Assembly: GCA_903918335.1 (NCBI GenBank)
Contig: CAIXDX010000103.1
Coordinates: 1 to 60,764 of the forward strand
Reading direction: 5' to 3'
Source of the DNA: an uncultured Methylococcaceae bacterium
GTDB lineage: Bacteria; Pseudomonadota; Gammaproteobacteria; Methylococcales; Methylomonadaceae
Length of the DNA: 60,764 nucleotides
Positions 50,289 through 60,727 of this stretch are shown here, piece after piece. The notes below the pieces were generated by a model, which saw nothing but the letters and a program-made list of their open reading frames with translations, was not told the DNA's origin and did not search any database. The translations under genes were made by a program, and so were the position numbers. Within the stretch, counting starts at the first letter, position 1; the number at the start of each line of letters is the position of its first letter.

Positions 50289-50531
50289 ATTGATTCAAGT
50301 TATACGACAAGGTTCTTATTATGAAATTATAAATTTAGTATATTAATGATATATATTCAACCTTATGTTTATGCAACATTGAATTCTATATGGGATTAAT
50401 TGTACTTTAAGATGCCGTCGTTACGGAAGTCAAAATAACCCTTATTTTATAAATAATATAAGTTCTTTAATTTGAAATGGTTAACATTAAATTTCCCTTA
50501 CCTGTATTAATGTAAGATAAGGGAGTTTGTA

Positions 50532-51023
50532 TTAATGTCCTGCGTGACCGCCTTTGGGTGGTTTTAAGTCATTTTTTCTCAAAACATACTTGTCTGCTTT
50601 TTTGCCTGTAATGGCATTGCCGTTGTTATCAAGCTGAGTGATACTGTTATCACCTACCAAATAGTAATGATTAGTTGCCTCAAGATTATTTCGAGGGGTT
50701 AGTACTAAGGTCGTATTATTATTTCCCGTAGTAAATTTTCCTTTTTCTACGATTTCTCTTTCAGATTTGCCGACGTATTGTCTAATCAATAAATAGGTAT
50801 TGTTACTGTTAAGTGCTAGAGAAGTTTTAATGCCAGTACAATCTTCACAGGGTACAAATCCGTTATATACGCCTGGCCATTCTGAGTTTGTTTGTTCATG
50901 GTGGCTTTCGTGCTCTGAAGGTGTATCAGTTGATTCAGCGAATGCGGTGTTATTTACTGCAAATGCGCCAACTATAAATAAAGAGCCAAGAAGTAATTTA
51001 TTTGTTTTTTTTGTGTTGTGCAT
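50532..51023 (-). CDS. NlpE N-terminal-domain (copper resistance-type) exported protein
   Basis: WPGVYNG.VPCEDC.GIKT.L.L motif, signal peptide, His-rich termini. Confidence 0.82.
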   Translation of the reverse strand: MHNTKKTNKLLLGSLFIVGAFAVNNTAFAESTDTPSEHESHHEQTNSEWPGVYNGFVPCEDCTGIKTSLALNSNNTYLLIRQYVGKSEREIVEKGKFTTGNNNTTLVLTPRNNLEATNHYYLVGDNSITQLDNNGNAITGKKADKYVLRKNDLKPPKGGHAGH

Positions 51024-51108
51024 AATGCCTCCTCTAATTATTATTAATGGGTAGTGTGATAGTGAAACATAAACTTAACTCTAGTGCTAATAAAGTCAAC
51101 TTTCTTGA

Positions 51109-51576
51109 TTATTTATTTTGATTCCACGGCATGATAGGTACTGTAGAAATACTATTTGCGGGTGCTCCATCAATGATCTTACGGCTAATAGCGACATAAA
51201 TTAAAGTATTACGCTTTGTATCAAATAGTCGAGATACTTTAGTTTCTTTAAAAAAAAGTGAAGTGCTTTCACTAAAAGCAGTTTCCTCATCAGGCAATTT
51301 ATCTTTGATTACGATAGGACCAATTTGACGACAAGCAATAGAAAATTGTGATGGGTCTTCAGCTACGCCTAGTGCACCTGAAATGCCCCCCGCTTTTGCC
51401 TGACTAATGTGACATGACACACCTTGTACTCTTGGGTCATCAAAAGCTTGGATACAGATTTTGTTATTTGAACCTATGAGTTTCCATGTCGTGGTTACAC
51501 AACCAATTTCTTCAGCCCGGGCTAAACTAGAGATCAATGATATTAATAGTGCGTAAAAAACGTAGGGTTTGTTCAT
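51109..51576 (-). CDS. creA: CreA family protein
   Basis: AFDDP.V.GVSC.IS.AK.GG..G.LG.AED...SIACRQ.GP. Confidence 0.92.
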   Translation of the reverse strand: MNKPYVFYALLISLISSLARAEEIGCVTTTWKLIGSNNKICIQAFDDPRVQGVSCHISQAKAGGISGALGVAEDPSQFSIACRQIGPIVIKDKLPDEETAFSESTSLFFKETKVSRLFDTKRNTLIYVAISRKIIDGAPANSISTVPIMPWNQNK

Positions 51577-51613
51577 ATGATAATAAGTGAAATTGTTTTA
51601 AAGGTTGAATTAG

Positions 51614-52300
51614 CTATTTATTTTTATTAAGTCTTGTTTTGATACTTTTTGCTACAGTTATTAAGTTATCAGCATATATGACGGTTAATAACACAAACGC
51701 CACTCCAATTAACATACTGATTGCAATAATTGCCAATGAGAATTGGCTCCAATTAGTTTTGTAGAAATCTGCTTTAACAGGTGCACTAATGCCAGGAATG
51801 CTAGGTAAATCACCATCACCACCATCCACTTTTAATTGGGCTTTCATGCCTTTTTCCATGTGTTGAGGAAGTTCGCAATGCACTAGGTAAGTTTTCTTTT
51901 GGCTCGGCAAAATCAGTGATGCTTGCAGTTGACCCGTGCCGTTAAGTTCTAAATGGAACATTCCATCAGGATATAAATACCCAGGTAAACCATGAATCAT
52001 TAATTGATGGCGGATTTGGTCATCATTAATAAAGGTTATATTGATTTTAGCGCAGGGTTTTACATCCCATTCTTGGGTATCAAAGGCGAACATTTTGCCG
52101 GTAAATTTCTCTGCATATTGTTGACCCGCTCGTATAATAATATCTACATTTTCTGATATTTGTGGACAATCACGCGGTAACCTATTGGGATTTGCATTCA
52201 TGATCATGCCTTTTTCATCCATAATCATGCCACCATGTTCCATAGCAATAACAGGTTGAAGTGCACTGATAAGTAGTAAACCCACTAAGAATTTTTTCAT
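51614..52300 (-). CDS. Membrane-anchored cupredoxin-like copper protein
   Basis: Signal peptide, Met-rich N-terminus, H...C-x4-H-x4-M (HCELPQHMEKGM) type-1 Cu motif, C-terminal TM; 4-nt overlap with the oxidase gene. Confidence 0.78.
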   Translation of the reverse strand: MKKFLVGLLLISALQPVIAMEHGGMIMDEKGMIMNANPNRLPRDCPQISENVDIIIRAGQQYAEKFTGKMFAFDTQEWDVKPCAKINITFINDDQIRHQLMIHGLPGYLYPDGMFHLELNGTGQLQASLILPSQKKTYLVHCELPQHMEKGMKAQLKVDGGDGDLPSIPGISAPVKADFYKTNWSQFSLAIIAISMLIGVAFVLLTVIYADNLITVAKSIKTRLNKNK

Positions 52301-53967
52301 GATTTTAATTTCCTTTTAATCACCAGTATTAACAAGACCAATAACCCTATCAATAGTCCAATCGCTAAACCAAATAATAGAATATGTAAATAATTGGGTT
52401 CAACAATGCCGGCATCCCCCAATAATGCGCCAAACGCCCCTTCCGTCCATACCGCCTGTCTTTTTGCGTAATACTCTTTATTAAATATTTGATCTAATAA
52501 ATGTTCATGCATCTTTGGCATGCCTTGCTCATCTAAGAATGAACTATAGGCAAGTATAGCCATATTGCCACCAGGTTCTATACCATCAGTGGTTGTGCCA
52601 GTGGGAACATGGTCATGAAACATCCATAAACCAGGTCCATAACTGTGTAAACCATCATTTTGGGTTTTAATATGTATATCATTACGTTGAGCAGTACCTA
52701 TATCAAGCACATCTCTGGTAATTTGTTGTGCTTCAGTAAGGTCAACGCCATCTAAGGCCGTTACCGTGGCTTTATGGCCATGTATGTGTAAAGCAATTGC
52801 ACTGCGTTGAAAATTAGCGACGTGTAATTTAATGTCTTCATTTTCTGAAGAGATAATCATTGAATCCCTTAGCGTATACGGAAAAGAATGTCCATTGAGT
52901 AAGAAGTAGTTTTCAAAGGACTCCGTCATATTGTAATCACGTGCCATATGCTGAGCGACTAAGCGGGGATCATTAGCCTCCTGAATGATATGAGCCAGTC
53001 TCTTATCGATCGATTGATAATGTAAGTCGTATTCTTGGTTATAAACCTTTTTCACTGCATTAGACGGGTGTCGTACCACTCCCGCTCCGACGTTAAATGT
53101 TTGTAACCAATTATTAGGTTGATTTTCTTCAACTATAAACATGCCCCCTAAGCCCATCATGAAATGTTGAGCCGTTTGCACGTGGCAATGATAAAGCATT
53201 GTGCCTACGTGTCTGGGTTGTATTTCATAGGTATGACTTTTCCCCGGAAACACAGAGTGTTCTTCCATGCCATCGTTATCTTCACCCTTAGCCGTCATCC
53301 AAGGGTGATCCACACCATGCAAATGTATCGTGTGAGGTAAATAATGCGTATTCTCTAAAGTGATATAAACTTTATCACCTTGTTCAACACGTATCACAGG
53401 TGAGGGGGCTCTTAATAAAGGATTAGATACCAATGAATTGTAATTTTTAACTGCCATGCCACGAGATTTTGGTGCGTACACCCACAAGCCGGGTTGAATG
53501 CCGGGAGCAATATCAAAGGTATTGATTAAAAACTCACCGTCTGGACTAGCGCCATTTAATTCTACGACTTCTAGTTTGATATTGATGACATCTGGGTCGC
53601 CATCTTTATCTAAATCTTCACCCAGGGTTAAGGCATCTTGTGCAAAGTCAGTTTGCATCAATGTGCCCATCGAAACATTGTTAGTGCCTTTAACCGAAGT
53701 TGCAACTTCATAGGGATTATCTGGCTCACAATCGGGGGATGCGTTAATTGAAACATCCTCAATCACTTGCGCAGTTCGCCATTCTGGATGCAGATTTGAA
53801 CAAGGTTTTTCAATGCTACTATTGTCTTTAGCTTGATTGTAAATCGTTTCGGGGGGCTTAATGCCCGCTTTATTGTATTGGTGGGGATAAGTGTAATAAA
53901 TAATGCTGATTGAACCCGCAATTAAGCAAAGTAGAGCTAAAGAGATAAATATTTTTTTTAATGACAT
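52297..53967 (-). CDS. Two-domain multicopper oxidase, membrane-anchored
   Basis: HTIHLHG, YHCH....H, LHIHGH, MFHDH motifs; hydrophobic segments at both termini. Confidence 0.88.
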   Translation of the reverse strand: MSLKKIFISLALLCLIAGSISIIYYTYPHQYNKAGIKPPETIYNQAKDNSSIEKPCSNLHPEWRTAQVIEDVSINASPDCEPDNPYEVATSVKGTNNVSMGTLMQTDFAQDALTLGEDLDKDGDPDVINIKLEVVELNGASPDGEFLINTFDIAPGIQPGLWVYAPKSRGMAVKNYNSLVSNPLLRAPSPVIRVEQGDKVYITLENTHYLPHTIHLHGVDHPWMTAKGEDNDGMEEHSVFPGKSHTYEIQPRHVGTMLYHCHVQTAQHFMMGLGGMFIVEENQPNNWLQTFNVGAGVVRHPSNAVKKVYNQEYDLHYQSIDKRLAHIIQEANDPRLVAQHMARDYNMTESFENYFLLNGHSFPYTLRDSMIISSENEDIKLHVANFQRSAIALHIHGHKATVTALDGVDLTEAQQITRDVLDIGTAQRNDIHIKTQNDGLHSYGPGLWMFHDHVPTGTTTDGIEPGGNMAILAYSSFLDEQGMPKMHEHLLDQIFNKEYYAKRQAVWTEGAFGALLGDAGIVEPNYLHILLFGLAIGLLIGLLVLLILVIKRKLKS

Positions 53968-54058
53968 GTTTTAAGAAACATCTAAAGTAGTGATTTGCGT
54001 ATTGTAAGTCGGCGTTTCGATAAAACCTAATGCAAATGCAATCAGATAAGTGGATTGC

Positions 54059-54667
54059 TTAGGCCGCCTTTCGTTTATGCCAAATAATAAAACCAGTGGT
54101 CAAGAAAACTAAAGGGAAGATCAGCAGAATAATGGCATTTAAAACTATGATTTGTTTCTCTGATAAGTTTAAATGAGTGCCAATGTTTGTTTTAAGGAGA
54201 GTTTTGATTGAATGAGTGTCCATATTCGCTAATTGGGAGAGCGCATAGCTTAAAGATTCTTCATCAATATAGTTTAATTTTTCAACACGATTTTGATATT
54301 CAACAAGAATGATGTCTTTAGCGCTACTTTTAAGATTTTTGATTTGCTCAGGATGCAATTGAGGATCTATAAAAATTAAGCTGATGTCTTGTTTCTGATA
54401 TTTAAAACGATCGACTAATTGAGAAATTTGGCTTCGAATGGATTGGCCCTTTTCAATAAATGCCGTAATTCGTATGGGTTCTGGTAATAAATTCAACAAT
54501 TTTTGACTTTCAAAAGATAAAGTATTACTTGAGCTAGTACTAATATCTATCTGATAAGTATACTTATTACTTAGCCAAGAAAGATTAACTAGAGTAAATA
54601 GGATAAGCGTAGTTATTACGATATTTTTTAAGTGTAATTGCTGGTTAATACGTGACATCACAGTCAT
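54059..54667 (-). CDS. GldG-like ABC accessory protein, short form
   Basis: TM, D.S....NTLS.ES..LL..L..PI.ITAF, FIDP..HP domain, C-terminal TM + WHKRK. Confidence 0.7.
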   Translation of the reverse strand: MTVMSRINQQLHLKNIVITTLILFTLVNLSWLSNKYTYQIDISTSSSNTLSFESQKLLNLLPEPIRITAFIEKGQSIRSQISQLVDRFKYQKQDISLIFIDPQLHPEQIKNLKSSAKDIILVEYQNRVEKLNYIDEESLSYALSQLANMDTHSIKTLLKTNIGTHLNLSEKQIIVLNAIILLIFPLVFLTTGFIIWHKRKAA

Positions 54668-55416
54668 TTTTGTAAGCGTTGTTTGTTAAGGCAACTAATT
54701 GATAATACGATAAAGGTGGCAACAAATAAGAAAAAATACAAAATATCAGCACTATTGATTAAGCCAGTTTGAATATTTTGATAATGATTCAATAATGATA
54801 GATATTCAACCAGTTCGTTAGGTTGATCACTAATAGTCTTACTGATATTAAACAGCCACAAGATTAATAAGATTCCAAACGTACCCATAGCAGCAATAGT
54901 AGGGTGACTGGCTATAGTTGACAAAAATATACCCGTTGCAGTGAAAGCAGCAACTAACAATATCAAAGCTAGTACATTTGCCAAATATTTACCAATATCA
55001 AGTTCTCCACCCATTAGCAATGATAATGGCATTAAGGCTATGAGCATTACGATGAGCCAGAGTAATGTCAATGTACCTAGATATTTACCTATAATTATTT
55101 GCATATTGGAGATGGGTGCAGCCAGCAATAGTGTTAATGTTTTATTGCGCCGTTCTTCGCATATGACTCGCATTGTTAATAGTGGTGTCACTAACAATAA
55201 AATAATGGCAGCATTGCTAAACAGTGGTGTGACGATAATATCGGTGAGACCGGGTGCGCCTTCGATGCTAGCTAATTTAACTTGCATTAAGTCGAAGGTT
55301 TCAACTTGAGTTAAGAATATATAGCCTAGAATAATTTGTAATACAGCTAATAATACCCAGGCCATAGGCGTTTTAAAATGACTTTTAAACTCTTGCGCAG
55401 CAATGCCAATAATCAT
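54664..55416 (-). CDS. ABC-2 type permease (GldF-like)
   Basis: EFKSHF.TP.AW, PLLTMR..EERR..TL.LL..P, GKYLG; likely ATG at 55416 (ORF track starts at 55497). Confidence 0.9.
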   Translation of the reverse strand: MIIGIAAQEFKSHFKTPMAWVLLAVLQIILGYIFLTQVETFDLMQVKLASIEGAPGLTDIIVTPLFSNAAIILLLVTPLLTMRVICEERRNKTLTLLLAAPISNMQIIIGKYLGTLTLLWLIVMLIALMPLSLLMGGELDIGKYLANVLALILLVAAFTATGIFLSTIASHPTIAAMGTFGILLILWLFNISKTISDQPNELVEYLSLLNHYQNIQTGLINSADILYFFLFVATFIVLSISCLNKQRLQK

Positions 55417-55418
55417 GA

Positions 55419-56342
55419 TTAAGCGGGTTCTTCCGTAGAAGCAATAAATAATGTTTCTAAATTTTTTTTGACAGGTGATATTTCTATTAGCCCCCAATCC
55501 TGTTTAATTATAATTTCTGCAATTTGCTGGGTAAGATCGTGGGAATGATTAAAATTTATTTTAAATTCATTGTTGGATAAGACTTCTAGGTTTTGAACCC
55601 CCGGAATCGTTAAGAGGATCTGTTTATCAATGGGCCGTGTGGTTTTAAAAATTACACTGCTTTCATTAATTGATTTATTAATTGTGTCTATACTTTCTTT
55701 AACGATCAATTTGCCTTGATGGATAATTTGTACATGAGTACAGGTTTCTTGCACCTCATTTAAAATATGAGTAGATAGAATGACGCCATGATTTTTACCT
55801 AGTTCTTTAATTAATGCTCGTATTTCTATGATTTGTATAGGATCTAATCCTATCGTAGGTTCGTCTAAAATGATAAGATCGGGGTTATGGACGATAGCTT
55901 GGGCAATACCTATACGTTGCTGAAAACCTTTTGATAAATGCGAGATTAATCTATTAGTAACGCTGGTTAATCCACAACGTGAGAATACGGTGTCCAGTGC
56001 AGCATTAATCCTTTGTTTAGGAATGGCATGTATTTGGGCGCAATAATGTAAATACTCTTTAACAGTTAAATCTTTGTATAGGGGAGGTGTATCAGGCAAA
56101 TACCCAAGACTTTGTTTAGCGAGTAAGGGGTCTTTAAGAATATTATAGTCATTAATTTTAATTATTCCCTGGCTAGGTGCTAGACAACCGCTCAGCATTT
56201 GCATGGTGGTCGTTTTACCTGCGCCGTTAACACCTAAAAATCCTAAGACTTCACCTTTCGATAGTTTAAAACTTATGTCATTAACGGCACAAATCTTTCC
56301 AAAATAACGACTTAGATGTTCTACTTCAATCAGAGCGGACAT
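55419..56342 (-). CDS. ABC transporter ATP-binding protein (GldA-like)
   Basis: GVNGAGKTT, LSKGFQQR, ILDEPT.GLDP, LSTH. Confidence 0.93.
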   Translation of the reverse strand: MSALIEVEHLSRYFGKICAVNDISFKLSKGEVLGFLGVNGAGKTTTMQMLSGCLAPSQGIIKINDYNILKDPLLAKQSLGYLPDTPPLYKDLTVKEYLHYCAQIHAIPKQRINAALDTVFSRCGLTSVTNRLISHLSKGFQQRIGIAQAIVHNPDLIILDEPTIGLDPIQIIEIRALIKELGKNHGVILSTHILNEVQETCTHVQIIHQGKLIVKESIDTINKSINESSVIFKTTRPIDKQILLTIPGVQNLEVLSNNEFKINFNHSHDLTQQIAEIIIKQDWGLIEISPVKKNLETLFIASTEEPA

Positions 56343-56352
56343 GTTAAAACTA

Positions 56353-56976
56353 TTAGATTTGCTTTAACAATTCTTGAATTTCTGCTTGGATTTTCTTGCG
56401 ATAGAATAAAAACTTCCAACGTGTACCGCCACATTGGCGCCATAAAATAGCTGAACGAATACCTGCTAATAAACACGCTCTAATTTTATTGGCCGTTTCT
56501 GTTCTTGATAAATAGTCAGGATTGCCATTAACCATAATTCTTGGCTGTAATGTACTGATAGTGTTTTGATATGTCTCACTAAAATTTGCCAATGTATTTT
56601 CATGAAATAAACCAAAATGTTCACTCTGCGTTTGTGCTTTTACAATACCTGTATTAATTATTTTTAATAAATCCTTACGACTCGTTAATTGGTTCTCAAG
56701 AAAAATTAAGCTTGCTGAATATCTGGCTTGTTCTGGATTTGAGATTTTAAGTCCCATCATTTGAAGATTTAATTGATTGATACCAAGTTTTAGGGCGGAC
56801 AAACTTCCGTAGACATCGATAACGCTGCCGGAGTCAATCTTTAGTAAACTTGAAATACTGCCTTCAAATGCGTCTTGATCATAAGTGCCTTTTGTGGCTA
56901 GTTGCTGAACTAACGCAGCGGCTTGAGCTACACCTGCAAGCGCAATAGTTTGATTGGTAATCGTGTTTAGTTGCAT
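56353..56976 (-). CDS. hflD: High frequency lysogenization protein HflD
   Basis: TIALAGV.QAA.LV, Y..TIS.L.PRI.V.G, KIRA.LLAGIRSA.LWRQ.GG.RW. Confidence 0.95.
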   Translation of the reverse strand: MQLNTITNQTIALAGVAQAAALVQQLATKGTYDQDAFEGSISSLLKIDSGSVIDVYGSLSALKLGINQLNLQMMGLKISNPEQARYSASLIFLENQLTSRKDLLKIINTGIVKAQTQSEHFGLFHENTLANFSETYQNTISTLQPRIMVNGNPDYLSRTETANKIRACLLAGIRSAILWRQCGGTRWKFLFYRKKIQAEIQELLKQI

Positions 56977-57133
56977 AGATTAATGTAAAACAGAGTGTGT
57001 TATTAAATGATTTATCAGAGATATCTTTTAATTATATATACCAGATCATTAAATTTGGACAAGTTGTATCATATTTACTAGTCAATAGTCGAATATGATA
57101 TAAAGAGTGAATGTAAAGCTAAGGAGAAAATAG

Positions 57134-57343
57134 ATGATTGAAAATAAAGTTTTGAGTGTTTTCGGAATGAAATGTGGCGGGTGTGAAGCTAATGTTATTA
57201 GTAAATTATCACCGATCGATGGCGTTATTTCAGTCTCAGCTGCATTTAAAGCCAATGAAGTGACTATTCAATTTGACGATACCCAAATTGATTTAGATTC
57301 TTTAGTAAAGGTGATTTCCGATGCGGGTTTCACTGTGGGTTAA
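57134..57343 (+). CDS. copZ: CopZ-like heavy-metal (HMA) chaperone
   Basis: 69 aa, GMKCGGC motif, AGF end, AGGAG RBS, upstream of a Cu ATPase. Confidence 0.85.
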   Translation: MIENKVLSVFGMKCGGCEANVISKLSPIDGVISVSAAFKANEVTIQFDDTQIDLDSLVKVISDAGFTVG

Positions 57344-57377
57344 TGACTCTTGATAAGTTTAATTTGAAGGTTAAAAC

Positions 57378-59615
57378 ATGAAAATCAGTACTACGCAGGA
57401 CGAAATACAACTTTCTATATTAGGAATGCGTTGTGCTGGATGTGTGAGTGCAATTGAAGGTGCTTTATCTGCAGTTGCAGGGGTAGATTTTGTTAATGTT
57501 AACTTCGCTGATCATTCAGCTTTAATACGTGGGAATGTCGCTACAGCTCTCTTGATTAATACGGTTAAAGCAGCTGGGTTTGACGCAGCTGTTATGGAGT
57601 CTTATGAGGATCCAGAAGTACAAGAAAAGTTAGAGTTGCTTCGATATAAAAAACTCATGAAGAAAGCGATAGTCGCAGGAGTTTTTGGCGCGATCTTAAT
57701 GCTGACTGATATGTTCGGCTGGCTGCCAGAATTAGGGTCATCAGTAGGGCGCTGGTTCTGGCCAGAGGTCGCTTTAGTTACATTAGCAGTATTAATCTAT
57801 TCAGGTTGGCATTTTTATAGTGGAGCCATTAAGTCTTTACAGTTAAAGCAGGCTAATATGGATACCTTGATTGCTTTAGGTACGGGTTCTGCGTGGCTTT
57901 ATTCTTGTATTGTTATTGATTATTCAGAGTATTTACCTAGTTTAGCGAAGCATGCTTATTTTGAAGCTGCAGTGGTTATTTTGGCTTTTATTAATTTAGG
58001 GTCAGGTTTAGAAACGCTTGTTAGAGGCAAAACCTCAAGCGCTATTCGCCAACTTATAGGGCTACAACCTAAAACAGCAAGAGTTATTAGAGATGGCGTG
58101 GAGTTTGATATACCCATTGAAAAAGTCGGTATAGGTGAAACATTACGTATAAGACCCGGTGAAAAAATCCCCGTTGATGGCGTATTAGTTGAAGGTAGTT
58201 CTGCAGTCGACGAATCGATGTTAACGGGTGAGTCGATGCCACTTGAAAAGAAACCAGGTTCTGAAGTTGTTGCAGGTACTGTAAACTTATCAGGTAGTTT
58301 TATATTTACAGCGACGCGCATTGGTAGAGATACTGCTTTAGCTCAAATCATTAAAAGTGTTAAAGAAGCCCAGAGTAGTAAGCCCGAAATCGCGCGTTTA
58401 GCTGACAAAATTTCGGGGGTGTTTGTACCCGTTGTTGTTGCGATATCTGTGTTGACTTTTGTTGTGTGGTATCTATTCGGTCCTGATCCATCAATTTCTT
58501 ATGCGTTTGTTACATCAATGACCGTTTTGGTGATCGCCTGTCCTTGTGCTTTAGGTTTAGCAACGCCAATTTCTGTTATGGTTGCAGTGGGAAGAGCGGC
58601 CCAAATAGGGATACTCATTCGTAAAGGTGATGCCTTACAAACAGCGGGCAAAATTACTTGTTTACTACTCGATAAGACGGGAACTGTGACTCAAGGTAAG
58701 CCAGTTGTGTCCAATATTGATGTGCTGAATAAAAACTACAGCACATTAAACATCATACAGTTAGCAGCAAGTATTGAAGCGGGATCTGAGCATCCTTTAG
58801 CAACTGCAATTTTATCGGAGGCGAACAAAAATCATCTAGCGTTGGAAAAAGTCGCACACTTTGAAGCAGTTTCTGGTTTTGGTGTTACCGCGGTTATAAA
58901 TAATCAAGTCATTGCTTTGGGTAATAAAGCATTAATGGATCTTAAAAATATTAATACGCTTGGGACTACTGAGTTAATTGACAAGCTAGCGGCACAAGGA
59001 CAAACCCCCATCTTATTAGCTGTTGATAATACTATAGTCGGTATCATTTCAGTCGCTGATCCGATTAAAGAGGATTCTGCAAAAGCTGTACAACGTTTTA
59101 ATGCGCTAGGTATCCGCGTGGTTATGGTGACTGGAGATAATACAATTACGGCTAATGCCATTGCTCAACAAGCTGGAATTTCAGAAATTAGAGCTCAAAT
59201 TTTGCCACAGGATAAAGCTAACATTGTTAGAGAATTTCAGGCTAATGGTGAAATTGTGGGTATGGTCGGTGATGGTATCAATGACGCACCTGCATTAGCT
59301 CAGGCTGATGTTGGTTTAGCTATTGGAACAGGTACGGATGTGGCGATCGAAAGTGCTGATATTGTCATCTTACAAGGTTCTTTAATAAAGGTTGCTGAGG
59401 CTATTCAGTTATCTAAATTTACAGTAACTAATATCAAACAAAACTTGCTGGGAGCATTTTTCTATAACACGATTAGTATTCCTGTTGCGGCTGGTTTGTT
59501 ATATCCGCTGTTTGGTATTTTATTGAACCCAATGATTGCAGGTGCAACTATGGCCATGTCATCGCTCACGGTAGTTAGTAATGCTAATCGCTTAAGATGG
59601 TTCAAAATTGATTAA
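57378..59615 (+). CDS. copA: Cu(I)-translocating P1B-1 ATPase
   Basis: [39 protein letters not shown] and MAMSS. Confidence 0.93.
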   Translation: MKISTTQDEIQLSILGMRCAGCVSAIEGALSAVAGVDFVNVNFADHSALIRGNVATALLINTVKAAGFDAAVMESYEDPEVQEKLELLRYKKLMKKAIVAGVFGAILMLTDMFGWLPELGSSVGRWFWPEVALVTLAVLIYSGWHFYSGAIKSLQLKQANMDTLIALGTGSAWLYSCIVIDYSEYLPSLAKHAYFEAAVVILAFINLGSGLETLVRGKTSSAIRQLIGLQPKTARVIRDGVEFDIPIEKVGIGETLRIRPGEKIPVDGVLVEGSSAVDESMLTGESMPLEKKPGSEVVAGTVNLSGSFIFTATRIGRDTALAQIIKSVKEAQSSKPEIARLADKISGVFVPVVVAISVLTFVVWYLFGPDPSISYAFVTSMTVLVIACPCALGLATPISVMVAVGRAAQIGILIRKGDALQTAGKITCLLLDKTGTVTQGKPVVSNIDVLNKNYSTLNIIQLAASIEAGSEHPLATAILSEANKNHLALEKVAHFEAVSGFGVTAVINNQVIALGNKALMDLKNINTLGTTELIDKLAAQGQTPILLAVDNTIVGIISVADPIKEDSAKAVQRFNALGIRVVMVTGDNTITANAIAQQAGISEIRAQILPQDKANIVREFQANGEIVGMVGDGINDAPALAQADVGLAIGTGTDVAIESADIVILQGSLIKVAEAIQLSKFTVTNIKQNLLGAFFYNTISIPVAAGLLYPLFGILLNPMIAGATMAMSSLTVVSNANRLRWFKID

Positions 59616-59776
59616 ATAGTCGAATTAGTCAGTTAAATTCAAACATAAAATAATAAATTTCCTACATTTAATGGGTTGATGGCTGGTATTAACAAGCTGT
59701 TCAAATTAAAATGTGCCATTAATATTGCTTTTATCAATAAAAAACTATCGTGCCTATTACCCCTGACGGACCCTTA

Positions 59777-60685
59777 ATGACTGATCATAAACTTACCCAT
59801 CTTAAAGAGCTAGAAGCAGAAAGTATCCATATTATTCGAGAAGTTGCCGCTGAATTTGAACGCCCTGTGATGCTGTACTCAGTCGGAAAGGATTCTGCTG
59901 TCATGTTGCATCTAACGATGAAAGCTTTTTATCCTGGTAAACCGCCTTTTCCTATGATGCATGTGGATACTACATGGAAATTTAAGGAAATGATCCAGTT
60001 CCGTGATCAAATGATTGAAAAGTTAGGTTTAGAACTTTTGGTGCATATCAATCAAGATGGCGTTGATCAAGGTATTGGTCCTTTTACACATGGTAGTAAA
60101 AAACACACTGATGTCATGAAAACTGACGGTCTTAAACAGGCCTTAGATAAATATCAATTTGATGCGGCTTTTGGTGGAGCGCGTCGTGATGAAGAAAAAT
60201 CAAGAGCTAAAGAACGCGTTTATTCTTTCCGCGATAAAAATCATCGTTGGGATCCCAAAAATCAACGTCCAGAACTCTGGAATATCTATAACGGTAAAAT
60301 TGATAAGGGCGAAAGTATTCGTGTGTTCCCCTTATCTAATTGGACCGAACTGGATATCTGGCAGTACATCCACTTAGAAAACATTCCTATTGTGCCGTTA
60401 TATTTTGCTAAAGAGCGTCCTGTTGTTAATCGTGATGGCATGTTAATAATGGTTGATGATGACCGAATGCCAATTGGTCCAGATGAAAAAATAGAGATGA
60501 AGAAAGTGCGATTCCGTACGTTGGGTTGTTACCCCTTAACCGGTGCAGTTGAATCTGAAGCGACAACATTACCTGAAATTATTCAAGAAATGTTATTAAC
60601 TACGACCTCTGAACGCCAAGGTCGCTTGATAGATCATGATCAATCAGGCTCTATGGAACAGAAAAAGCGCGAAGGTTATTTCTAA
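59777..60685 (+). CDS. cysD: Sulfate adenylyltransferase subunit 2
   Basis: [51 protein letters not shown]; likely ATG at 59777 (ORF track starts at 59750). Confidence 0.97.
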   Translation: MTDHKLTHLKELEAESIHIIREVAAEFERPVMLYSVGKDSAVMLHLTMKAFYPGKPPFPMMHVDTTWKFKEMIQFRDQMIEKLGLELLVHINQDGVDQGIGPFTHGSKKHTDVMKTDGLKQALDKYQFDAAFGGARRDEEKSRAKERVYSFRDKNHRWDPKNQRPELWNIYNGKIDKGESIRVFPLSNWTELDIWQYIHLENIPIVPLYFAKERPVVNRDGMLIMVDDDRMPIGPDEKIEMKKVRFRTLGCYPLTGAVESEATTLPEIIQEMLLTTTSERQGRLIDHDQSGSMEQKKREGYF

Positions 60686-60727
60686 TAACTCGATCACTGT
60701 CATCAATACTGGAATTCAGAGAACACC

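Noticed and set aside
52297-53967. Copper nitrite reductase (nirK)
   Set aside because: HxH pairs in both domains and HCH fit a trinuclear-cluster oxidase; the NirK HNIDFH-type catalytic Asp is absent.
56353-56976. hflD as evidence of a prophage
   Set aside because: HflD is a host chromosomal gene; no phage genes, integrase or att sites were seen.
57344-57377. GAAGGT before copA as a CueR box
   Set aside because: Only one arm is present, with no matching ACCTTC or 19-bp-spacer promoter.
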